64,000 bases of DNA, taken from positions 3,906,001 through 3,970,000 of the forward strand of contig NC_042998.1 in NCBI RefSeq assembly GCF_006345805.1. Direction: 5' to 3'. This DNA comes from Octopus sinensis. Lineage: Eukaryota. Below are positions 12,111 to 24,400 of this stretch, in pieces. A program made the translations under genes and the position numbers. Below the pieces are notes generated by a model. The model did no database searches, was not told where the DNA came from, and saw only the letters and a list, made by a program, of their open reading frames with translations. Position 1 is the stretch's first letter, and every line of letters begins with the position of its first letter.

Positions 12111-12800
12111 AGATTCAGTAGGGTGTCTATATATCACTTACTAAAATCAGAGCCATTGCTCCAAAACCACCAGAAACTCCCTATTAAGATACACACGGGC
12201 AATGCAATGAACCTAGGAGAAATAGGCTTACCTTGTATTGAATACACAAGTAAGGAATATATATTTTAGCAAGTGGTATATAAATACCCTACTGAATCTA
12301 AATTTAGCTTATATTTTGCCTGTAAAAGTGTAAACTTGCCAGCTACATTATCATTATCTTATTATTATCATTAAATGACGGTAATAATACATTTTTATTT
12401 CAATTTATTCTTGCTCACGATAGTTTTCTTTTAAATAGTTTTCGTTTAAAGTAAAGAACGCCTACGAGCTAATGTGATGAATATTTTAGAAATAGATATT
12501 AACAATGTTATTTTCAACTGACGATCCCAGAGTATGTTTATCATACAGAGGGTGAAATCAATTGATATTAAAATATACATTCCTTCCTTATGTATTCAAC
12601 ACAAGGTAAGCCTATTTCTCCTGGATTCATTGCATTGCCCGTATATATCTTTATAGTGAGTTTCTGATGGTTTCGAAGCAATGTTTCTGATTTTAGCAAG
12701 TGGTATATAAATACCCTACTGAATCTAAATTTCGCTTATATTTTGCCTGTAAAGGTGTAAACTTGCTAGCCACCTTATTATTACCATATTATTATCATTA
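12111..12800 (+). mobile_element. PLE-like non-autonomous element: inverted arm plus partial tandem repeat plus hammerhead
   Basis: Inverted arms 12111-12268/12569-12726; direct repeats 12264-12373/12691-12800; TA tracts on both sides. Confidence 0.65.
12510..12575 (+). ncRNA. Minimal type-I hammerhead ribozyme motif
   Basis: CTGACGA (12518-24); stem II CCC..GTATG/CATAC..GGG; GAAA (12554-57); stem III palindrome ATCAATTGAT; AUA site; stem I TATTTTCAA/TTAAAATA with a bulge. Confidence 0.65.
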
Positions 12801-14339
12801 TTTAAATTATATATATATATATATATATAAATTAGAAAAATCCCACCTTTTATCAATTCAATAATGAAGAATTAAATTATACCATTTAGAAAAATTATAT
12901 ATTATAGAAAGATTAAATATAAGATAGAACAAAATATACATTAAGTGAAAACTAAATACTATAATTTAATCTATATACAATAAATTAAATTATTAATTTA
13001 TTTATTTAATAAAGATCTAAATAAAATCTTATGCTCATTAAGTAATTTATATTAAAAACCTTAATGTTAAGTAATATACATAATGTTAGTACCAGCTATA
13101 AATATTAGAATTAATAATAGGAAATGGTTTAAATATATACATACCTATTAGATACACTAACTATATTGTTAATATATATGTAGTATATATAGATTTAATA
13201 TTTTACTCAATTATATAGTTGACCAAAATATCAATTAATATTAAACTAATTTACTTAAATGTAATACTACATAATGAATAGACCACCTAACTATTAAATG
13301 ATATATTGTCTTTTAAAACTGATTATCAAATTAAATTATATTCTGCCTCCCTTTGTCTCTTATAGAAATCTACAATATAGGATTTCTTCAATTACAATTT
13401 ACCTAGCATTTTAAAGAGTAGAATACATCGGGTCGTGCCAGGTCCAGTTTTTCAAATTTCAACCCCAATTAAGCAAAATTTCGAGAAAACTCACATTGTG
13501 GTGTGTAAGTGAAGTGCTTTTCTTAGTGTGGGCTACAGCACACACACACACACACACAAAAACGGAGCGATCTGCTTCACTCACGCTATCACCCTAATTT
13601 CTCCTCCTTTCTCTTTGCAAGTGTGCAACGATTAAAGTGAAAGTATTTATATAAAACGGATCACTCATGCTATCACCATAATTTCTCATACTTTCTCTTT
13701 GCAAGTGTACCTTAAACCACTACTCAAAAAAAACAACACAGCAAACAGAAACAAATAAATACATAACGATTTACTCCTCACACAATTTCTTCAATTAGAG
13801 TTTACCTATGATTTTTCAAAGTACTTCCATTCGGTCATGATATACAAAATTTCTTTCAATTTCACCCCCATTTCAGAAAAAAATTCGAGAAAACTACCAC
13901 TTCACTTCAAAGCCTTTACTCTGCATATTACTTCCACTTCCTCTTTACACACATAGACACGCAAATATATAAATAAAATTGTAAGCTAACGCGTGTGTGT
14001 GTGTGCGTGCGTGTGTGTGTGTGAGGGTGCGTGTGTGTGTGTGTGTGTGAGGTGCGTGTGCGTGTGTGTGTGTGTGAGGGTGCGTGTGTGTGTGTGTGTT
14101 TGCGTGTGTGACAGGGATGAGCCAGTCAGACTGGTCATCCTTTTTGCTACACCACTGGTTTTCAGTTCATATTCATCAAATTAATATTCACAACAAGAAG
14201 GCCTATTCATTATTATACATCAGTTCCACACATTTACCCTGGTTCCATTTCGGACAACTGCACAAACATTTGCCATTTCACACATGTATGTAAACAAATT
14301 CCTTTCTTAAAAATTTCAATTCATTTTATTTTTCAATTC

Positions 14340-14856
14340 ATACAAAGTTTTTTAGGACGAATATAAGATCTAAAGTATATCCAAGTAGCAGAAACATCGC
14401 CCAAAAGTGTATATAGATATTTAAATGTATTATATATTCAACTATACACAGATGTATGTATAATGTGTGTGTATATATTTCCATAGAGGTAACCATTCAC
14501 TCCATACAAAGTTATTTAGGACGAATATAAGATCTAAAGTATATCCAAGTAGCAGAAAGATCGCCCAAAAGTGTATATAGATATTTAAATGTATTTATAT
14601 ATTCATCTATACACAGATGTATGTATAATGTGTGTGTATATATTTCCATAGACGTAACCATTCACTCCGCACAAAGTTTTTTAGGACGAAAATAAGATCT
14701 AAAGTTATCTCTAAGAAAAAGAAAGATCGCCCAAAAGTGTATATAGATATTTAAATGTATTTATATATTCATCTATACACACATGTATGTATAATGTGCG
14801 TGTATATTTCCATAGAGGTAACCATTCAATCCATACAAAGTTTTTTAGGACGAAAA
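14340..14856. repeat. Tandem repeat, about 164-bp unit, three copies plus a partial fourth
   Basis: Units start at about 14340, 14503, 14668 and 14832 (CATACAAAGTTTTTTAGGACGAA...). Confidence 0.9.
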
Positions 14857-15701
14857 TCTTTATATAAAAGAAAGGTTGTGTGTCTGTCTACTCCGATTTA
14901 GATTCCTAACTACTCCCACATTTTGCAATGCAGTTTAACCAAAACCGGGTATCTTATAGTCGTGATTCATATCGAGCCCTTCTGGGTATTAGCGCGCGTC
15001 TACGATGAGTCTACGATTTTACAAATAATTTACCATCATTTTTTTCCATTTTAATGCATATTTTTTTTAATAAAGGGAAGTAACTCTCAAACTTCACACC
15101 AATATGCGTGCTCATATGCAACGTAATATCACATCAGCAGCATTTCCTCACACCCTCCTTGCACTTGGCGAAGGCAAAATACCAGGGGATGAAACTGGTA
15201 ATATTGCCATCGATTCCATTTGTACCTTTGTTAAGACGCCTTCTGATCTCAGAGATGCAGTGTTCCCAGATCTACAAGCTAATTATCAGAATATGGATTG
15301 GATTGGCCAAAGGGCTATTCTGGCCCCGAGGAATAAAACTGTTCACCATATTAATGATGAAATGCTAAAACTCATTCCTGGGGAAGTCTATGTATATCAG
15401 TCTATCGATACAACTCCTGACCCAGAGGACGTCATCAACTATCCAATAGAGGTACTCAATTCCTTTGAGCACCCCGGACTACCACCACACTTTCTCAAAC
15501 TTAAAGTTGGTGCCCCTATAATGTTCATCAGATATTTGGTTCCCCCAAAACAATGCAATGGCACACGTTTGATCGTTAAGTCCTTATCTCCCACCGTAAA
15601 CTTATATCAATATTTGCCTGAATAATCATCATAATTCAGTGCAATCATTAACAGTACTTTCAGGCAATTCAGCCCCGAGCAACGCCGGGCAATTCTGCTA
15701 G
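14857..15701 (+). mobile_element. Non-autonomous Helitron with internal Pif1-helicase fragment
   Basis: 5' TC, 3' hairpin GCCCCGAGCAACGCCGGGC plus CTAG, inserted between A and T; ORF contains RAILAPRN and LKLKVGAPIM..CNGTRL. Confidence 0.92.
15104..15625 (+). pseudogene. Helitron Rep-Hel Pif1-family helicase fragment (173 aa)
   Basis: WIGQRAILAPRNKTVHHIN...NYPIEVLNSFEHPGLPPHFLKLKVGAPIMFIRYL..CNGTRLIVK are typical Helitron helicase motifs. Confidence 0.88.
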
Positions 15702-16075
15702 TATATATATAAGGGAGAGATAGAGGGAGAAAAAGAGAGGCAGACACGAGTTTAAAAGAGAACACAAGACAGTGTTTGCCCGAAGTGCTGGTATGAAAGT
15801 ATGGCCATTCTTAAGACAGATACCGTCTTCAATTCCCTCTTAGTTCGCGTGCGAAATCAATTCGTAAAATCAGCTCATATATATATATATGTGACCGCGT
15901 GTGCACCGTTGGCGATTTTATTTTCCTCCGTCTTCCCTTCTTTGGATCTTTCCTTTTCCTATGTTTCTCACGAAGAGCTCCGCTCGAAACGTTAAACCCT
16001 CCTTCTTTCCTGAGCGTCCAATAATACTATACTTGTTCCACGTCCTCGCGTTGTTGTGTTTTCATGTTTAGATTA
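15702..16075 (+). mobile_element. PLE-like repeat with mutated hammerhead (second copy at 26870-27070)
   Basis: Shared block TTGGCGATTTT...GAAGAGCTCCGCTCGAAACGTTAAACCCTCC...GGATTAAC; motif at 15963-15997. Confidence 0.55.
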
Positions 16076-16076
16076 A

Positions 16077-16222
16077 CATTATAAGTAGCTTGCTAACCAA
16101 CCACATGGTTCCGGGTTCAGTCCCACTGCGTGGCATCTTGGGCAAGTGTCTTCTGCTATAGCCCCGGGCCGACCAATGCCTTGTGAGTGGATTTGGTAGA
16201 CGGAAACTGAAAGAAGCCTGTC

Positions 16223-16308
<86 letters not shown>

Positions 16309-16485
16309 AGCATTGCTTGACAACCGATGCTGGTGTGTTTACGTCCCCGTCACTTAGCGGTTCGGCAAAAGTGACCGATAGAATAAGTACTGGGCTTACA
16401 AAGAATAAGTCCCTGGGTCGAGTTGCTCGACTAAAGGCGGTGCTTCAGCATGGCCGCAGTCAAATGACTGAAACAAGTAAAAGAG

Positions 16486-16569
<84 letters not shown>

Positions 16570-16790
16570 TGTGTGTGTGTCCCTAGCATTGCTTGACAAC
16601 CGATGCTGGTGTGTTTCGTCCCCGTCACTTAGCGGTTCGGCAAAAGTGACCGATAGAATAAGTACTGGGCTTACAAAGAATAAGTCCCTGGGTCGAGTTG
16701 CTCGACTAAAGGCGGTGCTTCAGCATGGCCGCAGTCAAATGACTGAAACAAGTAAAAGAGTATATATATATATATATATATATGTATTTG
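16077..16790 (+). mobile_element. SINE family A with tandemly duplicated 3' half
   Basis: (TA)n(TG)n plus the 3' half occur twice (about 16225-16486 and 16487-16760) with shared diagnostic variants. Confidence 0.9.
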
Positions 16791-17807
16791 TATACATACA
16801 TAAAAGAATTAGAGGCCTTCTGTGTCGGTCTCCCGTCCGATTGTACACTCAGTATTATAAGTATACGTATTTTTTACATGTTGTTTATTTACAATACATT
16901 TTTTCATTTATAAAGTAACAGAACGCAACGCACCCCAACTTTTGTTAACAGTAGGTTATGCATATATATATATATATATATATAAGACAAAAGAGTTTAT
17001 AAAATTTCGAGGGAACAGGAAATAATATTTTTCCCTCGGCAGTTTTCAATTTTTTGTACTGAAAAGTGTATTTCCACTTAATATATACATGCTATTTCTT
17101 ATACCTTTATGTGATGGGCCACGAGAGCCAATATTCCAAAGAGAGAATATATTCATACACATGCATGTACATATATAAGGACTTTAGGATGTTGAGTGGT
17201 TTCATTTCTGGACAGAGCGGTGCACATTGTGTCCTGAGCAAGGAATTTACGTTGCTCTAGTCTTCTCATCTGAAATGAGAATCAGCCAAATGTTGGTGTA
17301 GAACCTCTCTCCCTTCAGTTGTTATATAATCAATGTTCTACTATGTCAAGAAAGTGGGGAGGCTAGTGTTCATTTACAGCTGAGTAGATTTGAGCAACGT
17401 GAAATAAAATACTTTGCGCACAACGTCCAATCCAGGAATATAACCTGCGACATTATTATCACGCTCCGAATACTCTAAACACAAGGGCTTCTTTCAACAT
17501 CAACTGTTCTAAAATGGAAGGGTATAGGCTTGTGGTGATGCAATACAGCACAAATATTGAAGAAAATCCCCCAAAAAACCCTATTCCTGGAGAGTATAGC
17601 AGTATTAACAGTATTATCAGCAACTGGTGACAAAACAGGAACTGATCTGCTTGAAGAAATCAAAGAGGTATCAAGGTATGTGATCCAGTTTCAGCCTTAT
17701 TCACTTAAGAAAAAGGCATAAGACTTTCCCTTTATGTGTGTGTGTGCTGTTTTTCTTTGCCTATCTGTTTTCTGTTCGTTTTTTTTCTTCTTTCTTTCTT
17801 TCATTTT

Positions 17808-18410
17808 TCAATCATCATCATCTTCAGCTTCATGCAACCAGGTGGGGAACGCTGCAACCTATTTCAAAGCAACACCTTTGCCAGGTGAATCTTCACTTTT
17901 CTCCCACTGGAAGTAGGCACCCTCCGCTATTACTTCTTCATCATACAAGGTTTCAAACATCATTCTCAAAACACTAGGTGGATGCACCAACTTGACGTCC
18001 AGAGCTTGCAATGAATAGAGGGCCTGTAACTGTAGGTTAGGCTTTTGGCAAAGATATTTCAGCAAGACTTCACATCTTGTTTTTATTTTACTCTTCGAAA
18101 CTTTACTCTCGACAATTGCACTTGAGCAAATTTCAGTCATAAGAATTCTGATGAATTCTTCCGTCTCTGTAAGAGGTTGCTGAAGTTCCTCAATAAGATC
18201 AAAAATAGGTTTGTTATTTAAATTGCAGGTTTGAAGCAAATTATGTAACTTGTTCTCAAAATCATTTAACAAACAGTCAGGATTATCTTTGTCAAACATG
18301 AATTCCAATTTATGGTCTGAAATAAACTTGGACATATCTTCAGCCTTGTAGAAATCAGAAAGTTTTAAATCAAATTATTTCCAGAGTTCTTGGAAATCTA
18401 GCAAATCCAC
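17808..18410 (-). pseudogene. eIF4G: Processed pseudogene (retrocopy) of the eIF4G C-terminus, late MA3 linker plus W2 domain
   Basis: LQLQALYSLQAL..PPSVLRMMFETLYDEEVIAE.AYFQWE...GKGVALK*VAAFPTWLHEAEDDD*; in-frame stops at 18375-77 and 17859-61; no introns. Confidence 0.9.
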
Positions 18411-18749
18411 TTACAGGGCTATAGTAGCAACACTTGTCGAACGTGTGACAGACACAGTGGGACTGAACCTGAAACCATGTAATTTGGAAACGAACTTTTG
18501 AACTACAGGCATGCCTTGGCTATCGTAGCGGCGTTAAATTCAAGTTGTGAGACAAACTGTCAGTTTCAATATTAAGACAATATATTACATGTTTAGAGTA
18601 ATCCTTCGTTCAATAGAAAGCAACTTATTAGATTTATCTTTGATCAAATGTATTCCATCCATCAACCCCAATCTTAAATTATACAAGATATAAGATAATG
18701 CTGTTCTGGATGAAGTACGGTATATACTTTTCATTATTAGATAGTTGAA

Positions 18750-19190
18750 AGGCAGCGTGCTGGGAGAACTGTCAGAACGTCGAGCAAAATGCTTAGCGGA
18801 ATTTCGACCAACATCACGTTCTGAGTGGAAATTCCGTCGAGGTCGACTTAGCTTTTCATTCTTTCGGAGCCGATAAAATAAGAACCAGTCAGGCACTGGA
18901 ATCGATGTAATCGACTAACCCCTCCCTAAAAATTTCAGGCCTTCTGTCTATATTAGAAAGATTATTAAAGATAGTTAAGGCGGCGAGTTGGCAGAATATT
19001 TACAGTGCCGGAAAAAAATGCTTATTGGCATTTCTTCCCACTTTACGTCCCAAGTTCAAATGCCATCGGAGTAGACTTTGTCATTCATCTTTTCGGAATC
19101 GATGAAATAAGTAACAATTTACACTGTGGTCGATGTAATCAACTTACTCCTCCCCGAAATTGTTAACCTTGTGCCAAAATTCGAAACCAT
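18750..19190 (+). mobile_element. Two head-to-tail diverged family B SINEs
   Basis: Two heads (about 18750 and 18980), each bounded by a TT(A)AAGATAGTT-like target repeat seen three times. Confidence 0.75.
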
Positions 19191-19434
19191 TGTTAAAGAT
19201 AGTTGGATGTATTTAGCAGGCATTTTAGAAAATTAAGCGATCACGTAGAGGCTCATCAAGATTTAGAAACTGTCACACGCAGGTGAGAACTTTTTGCCAA
19301 CCAGCCAGATGGCTTCTTGATAATATTTTGAATGTTTGTGCGTTAAGTTGTTCTCAGATGTGCGAGAGAAATTGTACATGAACTGTGAGGTCTAGCATCT
19401 CGTGGGATAAAATGAATAATAATAATAATCTTTA

Positions 19435-19625
19435 CTATAGGCACAAGGCCTGGATTTTCGTGGGAAGGAGGACAATCGATCACGTCGACCCCAGTACTTG
19501 GTTCTTAATTTATCGACCCCGAAAGGATGAAAGGCAAAGTCGACCTCGGCGGAATTTGAACTCAGAACGTAACGGCAGGCGAAATACGGCTACGCATTTC
19601 GCCTGGCGTGCCAGCTCGCCGCCTT
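19435..19625 (-). mobile_element. SINE family B
   Basis: Family B core and head on the minus strand. Confidence 0.85.
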
Positions 19626-19681
19626 AATATTAATAATGATGATAATAATGATAATAATAATAATAATAATAAATAATAATA

Positions 19682-20910
19682 AATGCCCCGATGCAGTACC
19701 AGGCAGTGGCTCTCATGGCTTCTAATCTTAACTGATTGCAAGTGTTATCATGTACATTGTTTTGTCTTGGTATAAAGGACGGGCTGCAGCAAATATTCTG
19801 TTCAATACCACAGATTTGCTTGTCAGTTGTTTGACTTTAACCAGTTGACCATGTCCCTTAGTGGCTGATGATATGTACATCTCTGATCACGGGAAGAAGT
19901 AGTGGAGGGGAGCATCATATCCATGTGTTGAGAGGGATTCTTTGGGGTTTGAATAATTCACCTCTGAAAACATGGGTGTTTCGTTCAACATCCTTAATCC
20001 TTATTCAGGGACCTTTTGAGCGGGATGGGTTACTCGACCAGAAGAAAATTCACATATGGTTGTGATGCATGTGCCTAGTTTACCCTTATCAGACGGGTAG
20101 TCCAGATGGGTATACTGGGCTTTGTATATTTTACCCTGGTGTCACTTTGGTAGCATGCACTGCTCTCTCACTCAATAATAATAATAATGATAATGATGAT
20201 GATGATGATTATAATGATGATGAATGCCCTGATGCAGTACCAGGCATTGGCTTTCATGGCTTCTGATCTTAACTGATTGGAAGCGTTATCATGTACATGT
20301 TTTGTCTTAGTGTAAAAGGTGGACTTCAGCAGTGGTTCCCAAACATTTTCGGGCTGCTGCCCCATTAACACCTAGGCCACATTCCTACCGCCCTACCTCA
20401 TCTAACAATCAAACACAGGCCTCTTTCTAAAGCAAATTAAAAGCAACTGTATTTCACAAATACAGTTGCATTTGAACTTAATGAACTCATTATTTTGTAG
20501 CTTTTACATGAATCGCTACCTCATCATTACCCCACTTTTCTTCAACGCTTCCTTGGAACTTTCCACCGCCTCAGGGGGACAATACTGCCCACTTTGAGAA
20601 CCACTGGGCTACAGCAAATATTCTACTCAATACCACAGATTTGCTTGTCAGTTGCTTTACCATAACCATTTGAGCATGTCCCTAAGCGGCTGACGATATG
20701 CGGCTCTCTGATCACATGCAGAAGTAGTGGGGGAGCATCATAGCCATGTACTGAGAGGAATTCTTTGGGGTTTGAATAATTCACCTCTGGAAACATGGGT
20801 GTTTCGTTCAAATTCCTTAAATAAACCTTATTCAAACCTTATATTTGGGTTTGTATATTTGAACCCCAGTGTCACTTTGATGGCATGTACTGCTCTCTCA
20901 CTCAATAATA
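19682..20910 (+). mobile_element. Two tandem copies of an unclassified interspersed repeat ending in (AAT)n; second copy interrupted by a MITE
   Basis: AATGCCC.GATGCAGTACCAGGCA starts at about 19682 and 20223; both end CTCTCTCACTCAATAATAATAAT. Confidence 0.75.
20330..20606. mobile_element. hAT-type MITE
   Basis: TIRs CAGTGGTTCCCAAA / TTTGAGAACCACTG; degenerate 8-bp TSD GACTTCAG/GGCTACAG. Confidence 0.8.
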
Positions 20911-21147
20911 ATAATGGAACGTGTTTGTCCCTCTTAAAAAGACAGGGAGAAGTGTTGTGAGGTCATGTACCAAGAGGTTGGGTCTGACTAATGAGACGAT
21001 GTAAAGACAGAAACGAGTGGCACTGTGCCGCATCACGATACTCGCTCAATTGAGACATAAATATAAAAACGCTAACTTTGGGTTGCAGGGCAGTAGTCTC
21101 AGTGATGATATATGCATGATATGTAAAAAAAATATATAGGATTATTT

Positions 21148-21540
21148 AAGGCGCAGGAGTGGCTGTGTGGTAAGTAGCTTGTTTACCAACCACATGGTTC
21201 CGGGTTCATTCCCACTGCGTGGAACCTTGGGCAAGTGTCTTCTACTATAGCCTCGGGCCGACCAAAGCCTTGTGAGTGGATTTGGTAGACGGAAACTGAA
21301 AGAAGCCCGTCGTATATATGTATATGTATATATGCGTGTGTGTGTTTGTGTGTCTGTGTTTGTCCCCCTAGCATTGCTTGACAACCGATGCTGGTGTGTT
21401 TATGTCCCCGTTACTTAGCGGTTCGGTAAAAGAGACTGATAGAATAAGTACTGGTCTTACAAAAGAACAAGTCCCGAGTTGCTCGATTAAAGGCGGTGCT
21501 CCAGCATGGCCGCAGTCAAATGACTGAAACAAGTAAAAGA
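21148..21540 (+). mobile_element. Full-length SINE family A
   Basis: AGGCGCAGGAGTGGCTGTGTGG to GACTGAAACAAGTAAAAGA. Confidence 0.92.
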
Positions 21541-22262
21541 GTAAATTATTGCAAATAAATAAATAAATTTACAAAAAAATGCTGCTGAATTTTAAAACAG
21601 TTTTTATTTAAAACAGTCTGAAATGAGTTATGATTGGATTTTGTGGCGATGGTTCTTTTTATTAAATACTCTCATGATGTCGTTCTAAACAGTTAGGAGT
21701 AGTTATATCGGTGAGATATGAATAACATATACATTTTGGTATCTGAATATAAGCTTGGAACAGCTAAGTGGATTATTTTCAATGAATGAGAATCTCAAAC
21801 ATTCTCTGGGATTCTGAAGTCTTAGAAAATTGCTGCTTGGAAAAAGATAAATCAGAAAATTTCCATTCTTAAGACACGTAGTGTCGAAATTAGGAAAAGT
21901 ATTATTATTAGTTTTTTTTTTTTTTTTTATCACGCATACACATACTATTTCATACACGCATAAATACACACATATGCATAGATATACGCGTAAACAGAGA
22001 AAGATAGAGAAAATAGAAAGGTGAAGTATGTTTTTCTATACGCATTCTCACATACATGTGTGTGTGTGTATATATATATATATATAAAGACAATAATATG
22101 CATATGCACACTTACATACACACGCATATACATTCACACAAACCATATACGTATATATCTGTGTGTGCGCGTGTGTGTATACGATAGTATGTATATACAC
22201 ACATACATACGCACGCAGTACATCCACATATATATGTATACACACGTACATTTATAGGTAAG

Positions 22263-22299
<37 letters not shown>

Positions 22300-22923
22300 T
22301 TGTTTGGAGGTATGTATATATGCACATATATGTATACACACCCATAGAAAATGTATTTGTATCTATTCACATATGTGCACACACATAGGAATTAAATGTA
22401 TTTATACAGCAAATTTCCACTTACAAATAAACACGCTATCAAACACAATTTTCGTCTTAACTAAAAGTAATTTATTCAGTGAAATAAACTTGTGGATATA
22501 ATTGAAATTGTTTCTATTTGCAGTGTTAAATAAGTATACATAACGTAGGTGCATGTATGCACGCTGGAGATGTGTGTGTGTATATATATATATATAAATG
22601 TGTGTATGTGTAATGTACATACACATATATACATGTATGCATATTTACATGAGCGCTTTGGGTAAACGGTTTCAGTAATCGCCGAATCTATTTTTCTGGT
22701 TACATAGAGAATAAAAAGGTAGTGTGAACATGGTGTTTAGTTTTCACAGAAATGAAGCACTCTTTATGTATTTACCAGAAACACACACTCGTAAGTTTAC
22801 CTCAAATTCCTACCTATTTTAACTACTGCATATCACTTCAATTAATTAATTTCCCTTGCCGGTAACAGCACTCTTATGAAATTAGGTCACATTTTCGCTA
22901 TTTGTATCAAGATATATTATAAA

Positions 22924-23310
22924 CTAGCAGTATTGCCCGGCGTTGCTCGGGTTTGTAAGGGAAATAACTATATAAGCATTTTTAGAGATGTAAAGTATAA
23001 TAGCCACCTCAATATGGCTAACCACAAAGGGGGGGGGGGTGTTACGTTCTGAGATTTAATAATAAATCTTGAGAGAGTTACTTCCCTTATATATGCCAAA
23101 AATGCATTAAAAATGGGAAAAATTAATGGTAAATTATTTTTAAAATCGTAGACTCATCGTAGACGCGCGCTAATACCCAGAAGGGCTCGATATGAATCAC
23201 GACTATAAGATACCCGGTTTTGGTTAAACTGCACCGCAAAATGTGGGAGTAGTTAGGAATCTAAATCGTAGGAGACAGACAGCACACAACCTCACTTTTA
23301 TATATAAAGA
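22924..23310 (-). mobile_element. Non-autonomous Helitron (387 bp)
   Basis: 5' TC...3' CCCGAGCAACGCCGGGCAATACTGCTAG, A/T insertion; 5' part shared with the 14857 copy. Confidence 0.9.
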
Positions 23311-23528
23311 TATATTTAAGCTACTATTTTCTCCGTGGACAAGAAATGTGTAGCCAGGCGTCAATAAGTATTGAGACTAACGGAATCCTTTATTGTCTGG
23401 ACATAAAATCCCGTGAGTTTATTAGAAGATTACTCTTTACAGCAGTGCAAAAATCGTATGATTACTACAGGTACATGTTCATAATTTTGCTTTACGTTTT
23501 ATGTATCTTAACCTTTATGCAGAGCTTA

Positions 23529-23775
23529 TACGAGGGTCGGTTGAAAAGCTCATAAAGTGACTAAGATGTTCTTGTGAAATGAAACCAAATAAGGTTTATA
23601 TTTCGACACAGACCCCTTTACGGTCCACACACTTCTTCCATCGGTATTGCAGGGCTTGGATTCCATCAATGTAGAAGCTTTCATCCTGTGGGTCAAAAAG
23701 TTATCAGCAGCAGATATGACGTCATCACCATTGCTATACCGGTTCCCAGCCAAGTGTTTTCAAGTTAGGGAACAC
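23529..23775 (-). mobile_element. Mariner transposon 3' end fragment
   Basis: TIR TACGAGGGTCGGTTGAAAAG; DGIQALQYRWKKCVDRKG C-terminal motif. Confidence 0.85.
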
Positions 23776-23849
23776 ATGATAGTCAGACGGGGACGAATCA
23801 GAAGAATAGGGATAGTGATCAACAAGCACAAAGCCAGTGTCACACACAG

Positions 23850-24400
23850 CAGCCATTGAAACCACAGACTTGTGTCTTGGACCATTGTCCTGATGAAGTC
23901 CCCACTGTTAAACCCACCAAGTTCCCATCGTTTATGAAGGACTTGGAAATCATGAGTAATGAGGGCTATTTCATGCCTCCTCACTTTTTCCTGCAAGGCC
24001 TTTGGGTCCAATACGGCAGCCTACATTGGAAAATGGAGACAGCTGTCAAGCCTTGGATCGAGAAACTTGTTTGGATGAGACCCTATGTATAGTCTTTGAT
24101 CCCACTCACACAGCCCGCGCGATCCACGAGTGGATGGGCAGTTTTCATGATCAAGTTATCCCTAACATTTGGCCCCCTAGCTCTCCTGATTTAAAACTCC
24201 TGGATTACTACGCCTGAAGCGTCGTTGAGAGGGAGCTCAACAATATCAAGCACTCGTCGAGGATTTTTTATTGGGGACGTTAAGGTCAACATAAATAAAG
24301 ATCAACGAATTTAGTCGTTTCAGAAGCCGTGTCGTGATAGTAATCGAGGCTAATGGTGGTTTTACTGAATAGCCTTTTTCTATATATGTGTAAGAATATG
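23850..24400 (+). mobile_element. Tc1/mariner (maT-like) transposase fragment
   Basis: SNEGYFMPPHFF, VKPWIE, HTAR...IPNIWPPSSPDL..LDYY motifs, frameshifted. Confidence 0.8.

Noticed and set aside
12660-12690. Second hammerhead candidate CTGATGG...GAAG
   Set aside because: Two core mismatches and no stem I.
17480-17680. Possible plus-strand exon ending AG/GTATGT
   Set aside because: All three frames have stops or no recognisable homology, and there is no clear acceptor.
21148-21230. tRNA-like sequences at SINE heads
   Set aside because: A/B boxes are present but run into SINE bodies; no complete cloverleaf could be supported.
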